Origin: Rhynchobatus australiae
Taxonomy: Eukaryota
Assembly: GCA_034780895.1 (NCBI GenBank)
Contig: JAUZTB010000070.1
Location: 21,592,465-21,656,464, forward strand
Direction: 5' to 3'
DNA: 64,000 nucleotides
In this document: piece by piece, positions 11,730 to 24,110 of the stretch
Layout of the letters: every line of letters starts with the position of its first letter
Position numbering within the stretch: position 1 is the first letter of the stretch
The notes under the pieces: generated by a model
The model's database searches: none
Seen by the model: only the letters and a program-made list of their open reading frames with translations
What the model was told of the DNA's origin: nothing
Program-made: the position numbers and the translations under genes

Positions 11730-12560
11730 TAAAAATGGCCCTGGGTAGCGGGCTCACTTCCGCATCACGTGGCCGGGTTTCATTCATTACGTCGCCTTGT
11801 GGGGGGCGCCGCTCCGACGTCCCACTCGCCCTGCTTCAGTTTGTTACAGTGTCGCTGTGCTGTTGCATTCGGCAACGTTGTATCCCGACTGAGGGAACGG
11901 GGGGTAAAGGAAGGGCAATTTCTTCCCCCCATCCAACCTCCAGAAAAAAAAACCCTAGTGAGAAGGAGGAAAACCAGAAGGAAGGAAGCAAGGAACAAAG
12001 AGACACGCATTGAGCAATGCGCAGAGATGTTTCGCTACTAAATCCAGCGACTCCCACCAACGTCGCCTCTTGAAAAGCCGAAGCTGTACAATGTATCGTG
12101 ACTGCATTATGAAAGATAACAAATAAACCCTTCCGCGGTTTGAACTCACTTGTACACACACAAAAAAGGAAAACGTGCGGGAAGTGTCGGCGGAAACAGT
12201 CTATCTGGCTTTGTTTTACCCTGCAGACTGAACGCATATACGCAGCAATTTTCTTTTTGTTGTTGGTTGGATTTCCAAGGGACGGTGTTTCATTTCCTTA
12301 AAACAAAAATTGGGGGAGATCTACGTTGCCAGGAGGAGAAGGGGGCGATGTATCCGCAAGCTAGACAGTCGGTAAGTGAGTTGTGGCGGTGCGCACGTTG
12401 CAGTTTCACCCAGTTAATTTCACTTTTTCTCCCCCCGTCTTGTCGGACTGAAAATATTGATGAGAAACTGACCGGTTCTTCGCTGTGCTGGAGTACCCTC
12501 GTTGCCGTTTATGGAGCGTTACCAATCAGTCCCCCGTCTTCTCTTCCCCCCCCCCCCCCC
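11730..12560 (+). promoter_or_regulatory. CpG-rich promoter / 5' UTR of the TLE5-like gene
   Basis: The only strongly CpG-dense stretch in an otherwise CpG-depleted window, and it spans exon 1. Motifs: YY1-like AAAATGGCC (11732-11740), ETS CACTTCCG (11755-11762), E-box CACGTG (11766-11771), CRE-like TTACGTCG (~11787), GC-rich box (~11801). Confidence 0.8.
12348..12371 (+). CDS. TLE5: Groucho/TLE-family co-repressor (AES/TLE5-like), coding exon 1 (MYPQARQS)
   Basis: ATG at 12348 in context GGGGCGATGT, 24 nt of coding sequence, then a strong donor G|GTAAGT. It matches the short M(Y/F)PQxRxx first exon of vertebrate TLE/AES genes and lies in the CpG-rich region. Family call is secure; paralog call is less so. 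Confidence 0.9.
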
Positions 12561-15500
12561 ATGTCTTGACATTCATTCAGTTCTCTATAACCCGAGCGCT
12601 TTATTTCATTTCTGATTTGTACATCAAAATNNNNNNNNNNNNNNNNNNNNNNNNNNNNNNNNNNNNNNNNNNNNNNNNNNNNNNNNNNNNNNNNNNNNNN
12701 NNNNNNNNNNNNNNNNNNNNNNNNNNNNNNNNGTTTCTGATTGTTGTTGTTGTTAAATATGCTTTTTTAAAATCATTTTTTGTTGTCCCAGCGGTATTAC
12801 TGGCATAGTTGAAGCAAGGTACATAGAGAGAATACGTTTTGCAGCCAAATAGTTAATTTGGGAAATCAAAGATGGAGGTGGGATATTTTTGTATCGACCA
12901 CAATTGCCTTTTCTTTTAATTGGGGAGAAGTTTTTATGGTCGTGTTAGGATTTTCAGGGTAACCATAAGAGAGTTGCCTCCTCCCTCACGTGACCTTTAA
13001 CCCATCCTGAGATCAGTACATCCAGTGTCCATTTTGTCTGCAATATTGAAGATTTATAATTCAAGCCTGTAATATCAAATGCTGGTTTTAAAACCTAACT
13101 CTAGTCCACTGCATCTTAAATATTTCGTAGTGAAGCTGGTGCCACGGGAAGGAGAAAGTCTAGAATGCTGGAGTCTGTTCACCGGTTTTTTTCCTCTGTT
13201 CAGTCAGGATGGCTGTGTAGGAATGAATGGGGGAGCAAGCAGATAACCTTGTGTTGGGACAATGCATAAGTGTTCTTTTGACCTGTTCATCTAATTTCAT
13301 TTCCTTTTGCACATCCTTACTTCCTGGAGGTACTGGGTTATGACTGAGGTGCTAATCTGACTTGTATACTGCCCATAGGTCCTTCCTGTGTGTCTAAGCC
13401 TAGATATCGATTATGCACAGTTTATTTGATGGTAGTCAAGGCTATTTTATCTTGCCCTGCCCTGGGCATCTTTCACCAGGGATGTGCGATTTATGTGGAG
13501 TTGGAAGGTTGGCTGATATTTCCCATCTGGCACAGGGACAGATAGTAGTAGCTATTCATCAGCGAATGGGCATTGAATCTAAGACCACTGTGTTTTGTAT
13601 AGTTCACATTGCCAGAAAGGTTGGTTATCATTTCTAACAATTTCCTTTAGCAGTGGTGGTGCTTTTAAAGTTGCATTTTTTTATTGCTGTGGAATGCTTC
13701 ACAATCCTTGTAGTTATTAAGTGATCTTTAAGAGCTGCAATTTGAACTGGGTATGGTCTTGACAGTGAATTTTGCAACTCTTTCCTCTTCCTGTCCCCAA
13801 CCACACACCAAGTCCTACCACCACCACCTCACCACTGGACTTGGCATCTTTCCACAGAACACTTTGAACAGTTTGGCTCAGAGATGATATACTTGGAGAA
13901 CCTATTGCTGACTTCCCTGCAATTCCACAGATGGTAATTGTCTTTCAGCTGCTCTGCTGATTGACTTTACTTTGCACCAGGAGGGCATATTGATGGTGAA
14001 TGTCAGTTAGCTACTCATCTCAGAGAATGAAACTTATCCAAAGTCAAAGGACCATTTGCAGTTCGTACCTGTATCTGCAGCCTCCTTGGAGGGCGCCAGT
14101 AAGTTTGGGAATCTTGGCTGTCTTTGGTTCTTGTCCCTAGCATGATTCACATGCTGATTTCATCCCTAGTGCTGTGGTTGAAGTCAGCTGATTGTGCCTA
14201 GATCAGTGATTGAGCCTGGAACCATTTTGTTAACTGTGGTTCAATCCCACATTCATGTGAATGGACAGGCCAACTTAGTCATGACAATGTTTTTTTTAAA
14301 AAGAAACAATCATTAACCCCATCCTTTCCTCTTCTACCTCTGTTCTCAGGCAAATAACTTAATTTTGTAGCACCTGTCAAGACCTGTGCTCAACAGTACA
14401 GAGACCCTGATGGGTGCAGTAGATGCCCAATTCAACAAGTCCTACCTGGATGGTTTTAGTGGGAAGGGGGATGTCCTTTCCGTGGCCATTGGTGAGCCTT
14501 TTGCTTTGATGTCATTCCATGGGTGCAATGTCATTTGTAATTATAATATCTCTGCACCCTATTCAGCAGTGAGTTCTTTTGGTTCTGTTGTCAACTGTTA
14601 TTCTAACATCAGATGGCATATCGCTTGCAGGCTATTTAATGGCAATAAGTGAGATATTTAGCCAATTCTCTCTACAGGATGCTGAGGTCAAATAAAGCAC
14701 TTTTGTTTCCCTCCTGCCTGAAATCGGATTTCTCAACATAAACTGAGACTCAGACCTTTAATCTCCCAGATGAAATGCAGGGGTTTACCATGGCAATTAA
14801 AAACGGCTTGACTGCATGCATGCCATGGATATGGCAACATCTGTTGCGTGACCTCTGATAATCCAGGCAACTATGCTGTTGGAACTGCTTTCACATCCTG
14901 TCCCAAGTTTAAATCTGTAAGACTGTTAGGCTTAACAAAAAGTGAACTTGCAGTTGTATCGTGTAACAGTCTTGTGTAAATGGTACAGGGTTAATATTCT
15001 TTGCCAGTTAAGGCTGTTGCTGAACTAGCCCAGAATAGATGCAGATTTTCATGCGTTTTGGTACAAAAATGGCTTGTGTTCACTTAGCGTCACTTTTCTG
15101 CATGGAAAAGAAAATGCCATGGTTCAAGGTTGGTGGTTTAGAGATGTGATGAACTGTAGGGATTTGAATTTTTCTCCAATCAATAAGGCTTCTTTAATAG
15201 GTTTACATTTTTCCCTTCACTGCATTGTGAAGCAATGCAAAAGGCAGAGATTGAGATCTTGTATTTGGTGGTTGAAGCTCAGTGGGGGGAGGGGACGTGT
15301 TTGCCTTTTGACCTTCAACTCCACCCCAGGGTTCTAGGTTTGCAGATGTCCAAAGGCTGTTTTAAAAAAAATTGCATAGTTCATTTTAATTTTAAGCAAA
15401 TTTAAGCTCCTGGCAATCAGTGGAATGACAGGGTTTGTTTAATTGCCAAGTAATTTTAATTTGGTTACAATACTTATAAAGGAGCCAAATTTGATCATTT

Positions 15501-17269
15501 CAGTACCTTGTGCAAGGGGAGGCACAGAAAGGAAAATCAACCAGGGATCACTGACCTTTATCAAGCGATTCCTACATACGCTCGTTGACATTGGGTGAAG
15601 AGGAGAATTTTGACTGGAATTCCTTGTATGGCAGAAGAACCAATTTGCCATTCACTATCCATGATCCCTTGGGTGATGTCTCAGTGTGTAACATAATCTG
15701 TTTGGTTGATCTGTGGCATGAATTACTGCTGTCCGAGAAGAGAATATTTTTGGTGTTCATTGTGTAAAATGCAGCGGTATAAGCTCTATTTGTACACCAG
15801 CTACTTTTCCTGACGTTCATTTTTAAGGTTGGTTCACTTTCTTGCCACCCTATTGCTCAAAGCCTGCAGAATAAAATGGGCTTTCCCTTTTGTTAAAGCC
15901 ACCCTGTGGCCATTTAGCTTTTCAAGTGCCCTCTGGATGGTTTGTGGTAAAAGTGCTAATTTAGCAATTCAGCCATGAATGTCCTTCAGAACCTGAATTG
16001 CTGCGCTTGTGTACAAATGGGAGCTTTGGGAGTTCTATGCAGTTGTCATTTCCCGTCCGATTTAGATCGGCTCAGAGAATGTCAGTTGCCTGTTCCCATA
16101 CTAAGCGAGCGACAGACGTCTCAAATTGGCTATCTTGTTATTGGCACACCTGAGAATATATTGGTGAAATTGTAGAAGTGGGTCTTGAAAGCACATGTGT
16201 TTGGATTGAAAATAATATCTACCAGGATATATGTTTAATTCCCTCCCTGTTCACTCCCTTTTGTTCTTTGTGAATATTTTATTCTACTTGAAGATTCGAC
16301 CACTGGGAATGAAAATTTTAAGTACTCAGTGTCAGCATCAGGCATTTCTGGCTTAAAAAAATGACATTGGTGTTGTCTGAAGTTTATTCTGTTTGGACTA
16401 ATGCTTCTCAGCTTACTGCTGAAAAAATGGATGTACGTTTAACTCCCAAAAAAGGACAGCAATTTCAATTGGTTCTTGCCACATTTTACCTTGTGTTTCA
16501 ATTAGGAATCTGCAATCCAGTTGTTCCGGTACAGCTTCCTCACTTTGGGCACAGGACTCCCATCAGCTTGCCCATGCGCTGTACATGTGGGCCTGATGTG
16601 AGCTGTGTCATTGATTTGAAATCAAAGTATGAATTGTTTCCAGGCTTCACAGGTCTCGGGCAGGACTTGGTTCTGCCTGCACTAGCATTACATCAATAAA
16701 ATGTGGCAGCATCATCAGGCCAGGAAAGCCCCGGGCGGGTTTCGGGTAGACTGGAAAGTCTGATCTCCTCTGTGCTTGAAGCAGGAACTGAATAACTGAT
16801 CATTCATGGACTTTGGCAGGGGCGGTGGCTTTATACAGTAACTATCAGGGTTCGGTATTTGTCACCACAATGTGCAGATGGGTAGATTGGAGCAAGCTAT
16901 GGTATAGTCCACAGTCATGGAAATAGCTTGTTCTCAGCAGGGAGGTGACCATCAGTGACTGGGAACACAAGGAGCTGCACTGCAGCATGAGATTTGTGCC
17001 TTGGGATACAAAAAGGAAAGTTCTTAAACTGGGATATCCATTTAGGGTGGGGCTGGATGTGGTTCAGATAATTTACAAAACAAATGTATTTGCCAGGAAT
17101 AAAAATGTAAAATGCTGGGGATCTGAAATCACACTTGAATCCCAGACAAAGCAAGAGATGCAAAGGCAGCAGAAGAGGAGCTTTTCCTGTTAGGAATTCA
17201 TTGAGAGATGTGAAGGTTCAGATTTCATTCACGTTGTCTAAACATTGTTTTTGTTATTTGTGAATCTTC

Positions 17270-17555
17270 ACCACCCTCTTAACAGGCACCACCACCACTG
17301 GTGCCAGTCAATCTCTCCTGGTTCCCATCCCATGACACATCATCCATTTGTTCACTCTGCCCATCCTATTTTCTTTGCAACATAATTTTGCAACTGCCCC
17401 CCCCTCCCCCCAAGAGTGTGTCCCATTTCCCAGATAAGTTATTTCCATGAAGCATTGGCTCTACTCTGCATCACAGATGGTGCCTGACCGACTGTGCATT
17501 TCCAGCATTGTCTATTTTTATATTGGATTTCCAGCCTCAGCAATACTTTGTATTT
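17270..17555 (+). mobile_element. Penelope-like terminal repeat (diverged)
   Basis: CACAGATGGTGCCTGACCGACTGTGCATTTCCAGCATTGTCTATTTTTAT...TTTCCAGC. Confidence 0.65.
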
Positions 17556-17724
17556 GGAAACTTGCCTAGGTATTGGATTGCTTCCATTTTGTTGGCGTTT
17601 TAAACCATGGCTGAATTTGGTGCTAACAGCACACTGGGTCCCTTGCCATCCATTTTAAAATGGATGGTTTACCACCAGAACCGAGCTAAAACGTGGCCTG
17701 TGTAATTCGTGATGTGAACACAAG

Positions 17725-17860
17725 CTGGGGAAAATAGGAGAAGCGTTAGGCAACCGGGCCCCCTAAAGCCTGTCCTGCCATTCAGTGTTATTCTGGCTGA
17801 TCTGCCTCAGGCTTCAACGTGTGTGCCAGTTCCCCGAAACCCTCAGTTCCCTGATCTTTC
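17725..17860 (-). mobile_element. CR1 3' tail
   Basis: GAAAATAGGAGAAGCGTTAGGC...GCCTGTCCTGCCATTCA, similar to the copies at 2620 and 49295. Confidence 0.6.
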
Positions 17861-19002
17861 TTTGCCTCACTCAATTTCATGCAACTCCCAACACTTTGCA
17901 ATTTGGTGTCCAGAAAAGGCCACAGCGTAGGACAGCATCACAGTTAGCTGCACCCACTTAAACTGCCACAGAGGAGAGAAAGCTGCAAGGAAAAGGGGAA
18001 CTGCTCCTGCAATGGTTCAAAATCACATGCAAGGCCTGGTCAATGAGATGCATGTAAAATGGAAGATCTTTTGTATTGGGGGATTTAAGAGACTCATTTG
18101 GCTCAACATGAACGTATGAGATGGCTACAATTATCTCCTCCTGGAGTTGGAATCCCCACACAATGCATGAATGCTGGAATAAGTTTCTTGACACTTCCCC
18201 AGATATGTCATGATCTGCAAACCAGTGGTTACACTTACAGGTTGCAGATCCTCACGAAAAAAACATTTTATGCAGAGGTCTGAGTTCTTGAAGTGAGCTG
18301 TTAACACATTAGGAAATTCGGACTTTATGCAGCAATCCATTCAGGTAATTGGAGCAGGGATTCTTGCATTTGTGTGTTGTATTCATTGCAGATGGACCTG
18401 AAGGAGATGTTGCATCTTCTATGGATCTTCTGGCTGATTATTTATATTCTCTGTTGCTGTTTGCCATATGGAAAGGCTTGCACTGGGGAATTTTGTTTTG
18501 TAACCCTTTTTTATGTAAATAGTCTTTCTGTTGGTCCCTGAGATCCCATGTGGCCAGGGGCTGCTGCTTTTGCTCAGCTGGCAGTGGAGTCTGGATACTG
18601 AGCAGAGAATGTCCCCTGGTAGCTTCTTTCTTCCTCCAACTCTCAAACTCTACCCCATAGAACTTGGGCTCCAGATCTTCTTGCTGTTCTTCAGCACCAG
18701 GGACTGTCTGCACTTGCATACTACACAATCCAGCAACAAATGGAGTCTCTTCAACTGTTTGGCATCGATGTCACCAGAAAGCATCATCTGGAGGATGCTG
18801 GTGATATTTTCCACCGCTGGCCTGGTACCTGATTCTGAAGCTGCTGAGTCAGACCTCCCAGTATTAGTATCGTCTGTTTTAACTAGCGAGGAAAGCAATA
18901 AAACAATGCTGTGTGTCCCTTGTTTCACAATGGTTGTAGACTGCAGCTTCCTGTGTAAGTGGAAAACAATGATGCTTGAATAATGACATTTGGTGGAAAA
19001 TG

Positions 19003-19340
19003 ACATAGAACATAGAGCTGTACAGCACAGGAACAGGTCCTTCAGCCCACTATGTTGTGCCAAACTAATTAAATTAATGATTGTATGTCTAACTAAACTA
19101 ATCCCTTCTGCTTACACAATATCCATATCCTTTCTGCCTACACAATATCCATTCATGTGCCCATCTAAGAGCTTCTTAAATGCCTCTGTCATATGTGTCT
19201 CCACTACCACCTCCGGCAGTGCATTCCAGGCACCCACCACTCCATGTAAGAAAACCTGCCCTGCACGTCTCTTTTGAACTTGCCCCCTCTCACCTTAAAT
19301 GCGTGCCCTCTAGTATAGGACATTTCAACCCTGGGGCGAA
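19003..19340 (-). mobile_element. CR1 LINE 3' end
   Basis: CATAGAACATAGAGCTGTACAGCACAGGAACAGGTCCTTCAGCCC tail, followed by the reverse of the WNALP..VVE region. Confidence 0.88.
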
Positions 19341-20339
19341 TGATACTAGCTCACTAATATAATATAACACTAATAATATAAAGTCAGGCACACTAATGTG
19401 TTAGTGCCAGGTCCAGTTTTTGTATCTGGCATGATTTTATCTGGAAATGATTTCCACTGCAATCTACTCTGATTAAATCTATTTATGAACATGTGCTTGG
19501 GAAGGGGAAGGTGGAAGATACTGTCTGATCTGATTTCCAAACTACTTTTTCCAACATGTGCATTTTTGTATTGCTCGTACTAGTTGAGAACATTGGTTTT
19601 CCAACTCTCCTTTAGCACAAAAGTGGTAGGTCTGCGTGGTCGACAGGTGGAAACGCTGACTGAAAGTGAAGCTGTTAGTGGCAGACTGCCAGCTGTCCCT
19701 GCCAAATTCTGCTTCCTGGTGGGTGTACCTGCTCAGGGCAGTTCAGCTTTGGCTTGTAGCATAAGCATCTTGACCTCTTACTGCCATGGTGGTGGAACTG
19801 CAGGGACTGTACGGTACTGGAATCTCGGCATCCCAAAAGTGCTGTACTGCCATTTGCTCACTAGACTGCCAAAATATTCAAAGAATGTTCTTGTACATTA
19901 GAGAAACAGCTGTTTTTCCCCCTGGACTTTTGGCATAAGTGAGTTGATTTCTTTTAGAACTGAAATATTGTTTCTTGACCAATAACTGATTATATTCAGA
20001 AGTTGTTTTACATATCAGCTTAATGGTGGTAAATCTATAAATTCTTAAGATCTATAGAGTAATTCTTCTTTGATTATCTTGACTGTGCTAAAGGGTCAGA
20101 TCTATTGAGAAAATACTACAGGAGAATTTATTGCTGCTCCTGTCTCAGTTTACCGAATGCTTCAGGAGCTCAATATCTGGCCTGAATACTGGAGGGACTG
20201 AGCTGGAGGAGAATTTGCATAAGCACAGTTCTGTTTTGGCTAATATACTGGGATTTTTGATGAAACTGATTCTTTCAGTAAGTTTGAGGTTGCCGTCTGC
20301 CCTTGGATAACTTTTTTCAATTTTTGTTTTTGCTGGAGG

Positions 20340-20628
20340 ACATAGATTTCAGGTGAGGAGGGAAAGGGACCAGAGGGGCAGCAGCTTTATGTAGAGGGTG
20401 GTGTGTATATGGAACAAGCTGCCAGAGGAAGTAGTTGAGGCAGGTATAATAACAAGATTGAAAAGACATTTGGATAAGTACATGTGTAGANNNNNNNNNN
20501 NNNNNNNNNNNNNNNNNNNNNNNNNNNNNNNNNNNNNNNNNNNNNNNNNNNNNNNNNNNNNNNNNNNNNNNNNNNNNNNNNNNNNNNNNNTGGATAAGTA
20601 CATGTGTAGAAAAGGTTTAGAGGGATGT
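20340..20628 (+). mobile_element. CR1 LINE 3' fragment (spans a gap)
   Basis: RVVCIWNKLPEEVVEAGIITRLKRHLDKYM. Confidence 0.88.
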
Positions 20629-21469
20629 TTGTTTTCATCATGTTGATTTTGTTGAAGCATGATTCTTTGAATGTCTTATGACTATTATTTTAAGTGCAAG
20701 ACAACTTCAGGTTTGCCAGGCAATGGAGAGATTGTGAAGATGACTTGGTTGGACTGACAACCTAAGCCTTGCATACTTGAATCCAATGATAACCTCTCTA
20801 TTTCTTTTGAGTCTAACACTTGAGTACCGTCACAGTAATTGATGAGGAATCAGCACGCTTCAATACAAAGGAATTGAGAGAGGAACTACTCTGTTGCTTT
20901 CTTCTTATCGCTGGAACTCGCAGCCCAGCTGTGGCATTGCTATTGCCCACTGTCGTCATCTTAGCTGAGGCCAGCTACTCAACGTAAGTTGAGATTCCAA
21001 CCCTCTGATCACCAAATTTATGTTGATTACCAGATCTACAAAAGAAAAAGTGCTCTCATTGTGTTTTACCGTTTTGTCTCGACTTTATTCAGGATCATTG
21101 GGGACATATTTAAAAATCAAAGTAGAATGAGAATTACAACGAATAGACAGGAGCCAGTAGATCACGGAGATAGGAATTAGAAAACAAAATTTGAAAGCTT
21201 TCACTGTATATACTTGTTGCTTTAGCCAGAAACTCTACTGAGAATATAACCTCTCCTTCTTTGTGAACTGTATTTAAGTGTGACTTGTCAAGTGGCTTTA
21301 AGTCTCCACGCACTGATGGCTATCATAAATGAAACAAGTTGAGCAAAGTTTTTTGGTTCAGATCCCAGGGGACAGGGTTCAGCTTCAGCTGGAATATCAC
21401 ATTTCAAGTGAAGTTGTTTTCGAATACACCCACAGCTTGTACCATTTGTTGAATAAGAAAAGCTATGTG

Positions 21470-21750
21470 CTGTTGCTTCTCCGGTGACCCGTGGTCGATC
21501 CTGACCTCCAGTGCTGTCTGTGTGAAGTTTTCACATTCTGCCTATGACCTCATGGATTTTCCCCTGGTTCTCCAGTTTCCTCCCACATCTCTTGGGTGTG
21601 CTGGTTGGTAGGTTAATTGGCCACTGATGTGGAGGAGAGGCAAGTTGGGAGCTGATGGGCATGTGTGAGAGAAAAGATTGCAGGAAATGGCATTACATTA
21701 GGAGCTGGTTTTGACTCGATGGGCTGCATGTCTTCTAATACTGTGAGAAA
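21470..21750 (+). mobile_element. V-SINE copy
   Basis: GATCCTGACCTCCAGTGCTGTCTGTGTGAAGTTT...CTCCAGTTTCCTCCCACATC...GGTAGGTTAATTGGCCACTG. Confidence 0.8.
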
Positions 21751-22194
21751 ACGTGAGCATAAATGAGAAAAAGGCCTCCACTTGCATGGAGCTGTGCCAT
21801 GTTTCTCAGCCACCCCAAGGTGCTGCTTCAAGTGCAGTCATGTAAGCAAATGCTTCAACCATGTTTGCACAGCACAATCCTCCAAATAACATTGCTCCCA
21901 GGGAATAGTCGCTGCTCTTGGATCTCAGGTGTGCTGAGCTTTGGCTTCAAGCCCCGTCATCGGGTAGATACCCAAGAGGGCAGCATTTAAGCATCAGCTG
22001 AAATTGTGTATTCCAATTATAGAATCAAGCAAGGTTGTAACCTCTTGATCAGAGCCAAGAATCCTACCAACTTAACTGAGCTCCCACTGTATTAGAACAA
22101 GAGACTGAAGGATTGCAGAGCACAATAAATATCCAGTTCCACTGGAAGTGGGACTTCTTGAACAGACGATTCAGTTATAAAGCTCTCATAATCA

Positions 22195-22890
22195 AAACAC
22201 AATCTGCAGATGTTGGAAATCTAAAACAAAAATTGAAAATGCAGGAAATATTCAGCCGGTCAGGATGCATCTGCAGGGAGAGAAGCAGAATCAATGTTTC
22301 AGGCCGGAGATGCTTTGGAACTGAAAAGGAGACTAAAGGAGTTTGTAAAGCTGCGGGGGTGGGGGGAAGATGGGTATCTCTGATAGGGTCAAACTGGGGA
22401 GTTTGTCGAGATAAGTTGTAAAAAGAAAGCTTATCTGGTCAATGAATGAAAGGGAGCAGTTGGGAGTGAAACCTAGATGATAAGAATGTGGGGGTTGTGA
22501 AATGCAGAGTCGGAGGGCAGGTCAGGCTGGGCAGGGGAAACGAGCTGAGTTAATATTACAGATGGATGACTGATACAAACTGTTGCAGAACACAAACGGC
22601 TGCAATGTGCCCAAATGGAAAATGAGGTGCTGTTCCCTGAGTTTGCATTGGGCTTCACTCTGACAGTACAGGAGGCCACAGACCTTTAACTGCTCCCATT
22701 CATTTGCTGACCAGATAACCTTGTGGACAACTTATTCCCATGGTGACCATATCAGAGATATCCACCTCCCCCTTCCTCTCTGCAGCTTTACAAACTTCAT
22801 TTGTCTCCTGTTCCGTTCCGACTGAAACATCGACTCTGTTTCTCTTCCCACAGATGTGGCCTGACTGGTTGAATGTTTCCAGCGTCTAGC
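22195..22890. mobile_element. Penelope-like element with inverted terminal arms
   Basis: Left arm ~22230-22470 is reverse-complementary to right arm ~22685-22885. A GIY-YIG tail fragment (minus strand, ~22590-22680) lies between them. Confidence 0.8.
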
Positions 22891-23521
22891 TTCTGTTATA
22901 AAGCTCATTACTCTCAACTTCTGAGATGATGGGGTGGGAAAGGGCAATTTATCCAATGCTAGTTTTCAACTCTTGGACCATAGCATTTTGCTTTTTTCAA
23001 AGTTTCCAAGCAGGATTGATGGAATTAATTAGAGCAGGTGGGTGTGGTTTTCAAGTAACAGGCAGTGGAGGAGAAACTAAAGAGATGAAAGCAAAAGACT
23101 GGCAGGACTGTTCTGACCAGGACTGCAGGTGCTATGATCAGTTCTGGAGGGTGAGTAACTTGTAGAGCATTCACAATCTTTCTGGATCTCATTTTGCTGG
23201 ATGGATTGGACATTCTCTGTCAATGTGGGGAAGGGACCATGTGTGCTTCAAGTCTGGCAGATGCAAAGTGGTGACTGCTTTTCATCACCAGAAAAAGTAC
23301 GCCACCAAAGTAAGCGGCTTGTGAGAGGTAGTTTACTCACCACACCCTGAGTAAGTGCATAGCATCTACCTTCAGAGAATACCTGAGAGGGCAGATGAGA
23401 TTTTGTTGAGGCTCATTGTTTGCAGAGCTTGTTAGGGTAAGCTTCTATGAAGCCCACACTCTGAATAAATCCTTTTGGGGAAAGCTGCCAGAAGGGGGAG
23501 AGAAAATGGCTACCAGGTGTT

Positions 23522-23685
23522 CAAAAATAAAATGCTGCAGATGGTGGAATTCTGGAATAAAAACAAATTGCTGGAAATACCCAGCAACTCAGGCAGCATC
23601 TGCAGAGAGAGAAACATGATTAATATTTCAAGTTACTAACCTTCCATCAGAAGAAATGGTATGGTCATTGACCTGAAATGTTCAT
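23522..23685. mobile_element. Short Penelope-terminus-derived fold-back element
   Basis: Family terminal motif followed by a partial inverted copy (ATTTCAAGTTACTAACC...GGTCATTGACCTGAAAT). Confidence 0.65.
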
Positions 23686-23794
23686 CATCAAAAATTTATT
23701 TTTGCTTTTACCTTAAATTTCATTGCACAGGAAGAGGTTGATACAACTTCTGTGCATGTTGCCGAAAGGAGCTAGTTAAGTAAATAAGTGACAA

Positions 23795-24110
23795 AAAGTG
23801 GTGCAACTAGTAGATCTGCTGCCTCACAACACCGGAGCCCTGACTTTGGGTGCTGTCTGTTTGAACTTTGACTCTGTGGATTTCCTCCGGGGGCTCCAGT
23901 TTCCTCCCACATCCCATAGATGTGGAGATTGGTAGGCTAACTTGCTGCTATAAATTGTTCCGAGTGTGTAGGTGAGTGGTAGAATCTTGGGAGTTGAAGT
24001 GCATGTGGGGGAAATTAAAAGATTTTTGTAGGATGAGTGTAAAATAGTAGCTGATGGTCAGTGTGGACTTGATGAACTGGAGGATCTGTTTCTGTGCTGT
24101 ACCTCTTGAT
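23795..24110 (+). mobile_element. V-SINE copy
   Basis: GTGGTGCAACTAGTAGA.CTGCTGCCTCACA...GGATTTCCTCCGGGGGCTCCAGTTTCCTCCCACATCCC...CTGTTTCTGTGCTGTA. Confidence 0.82.

Noticed and set aside
12150-12569. 139-aa ORF in frame with the TLE5-like ATG, suggesting an N-terminal extension
   Set aside because: It starts at TTG, has no upstream in-frame ATG and reads through the exon-1 donor into the intron. Only MYPQARQS has family similarity.
17950-19063. Cluster of overlapping 60-150 aa ORFs on both strands
   Set aside because: No recognisable domain or splice structure. Possibly an old transposon remnant, but I could not assign it.
20471-20610. TGGATAAGTACATGTGTAGA duplicated around an N run
   Set aside because: Scaffolding overlap artefact inside a CR1 copy.
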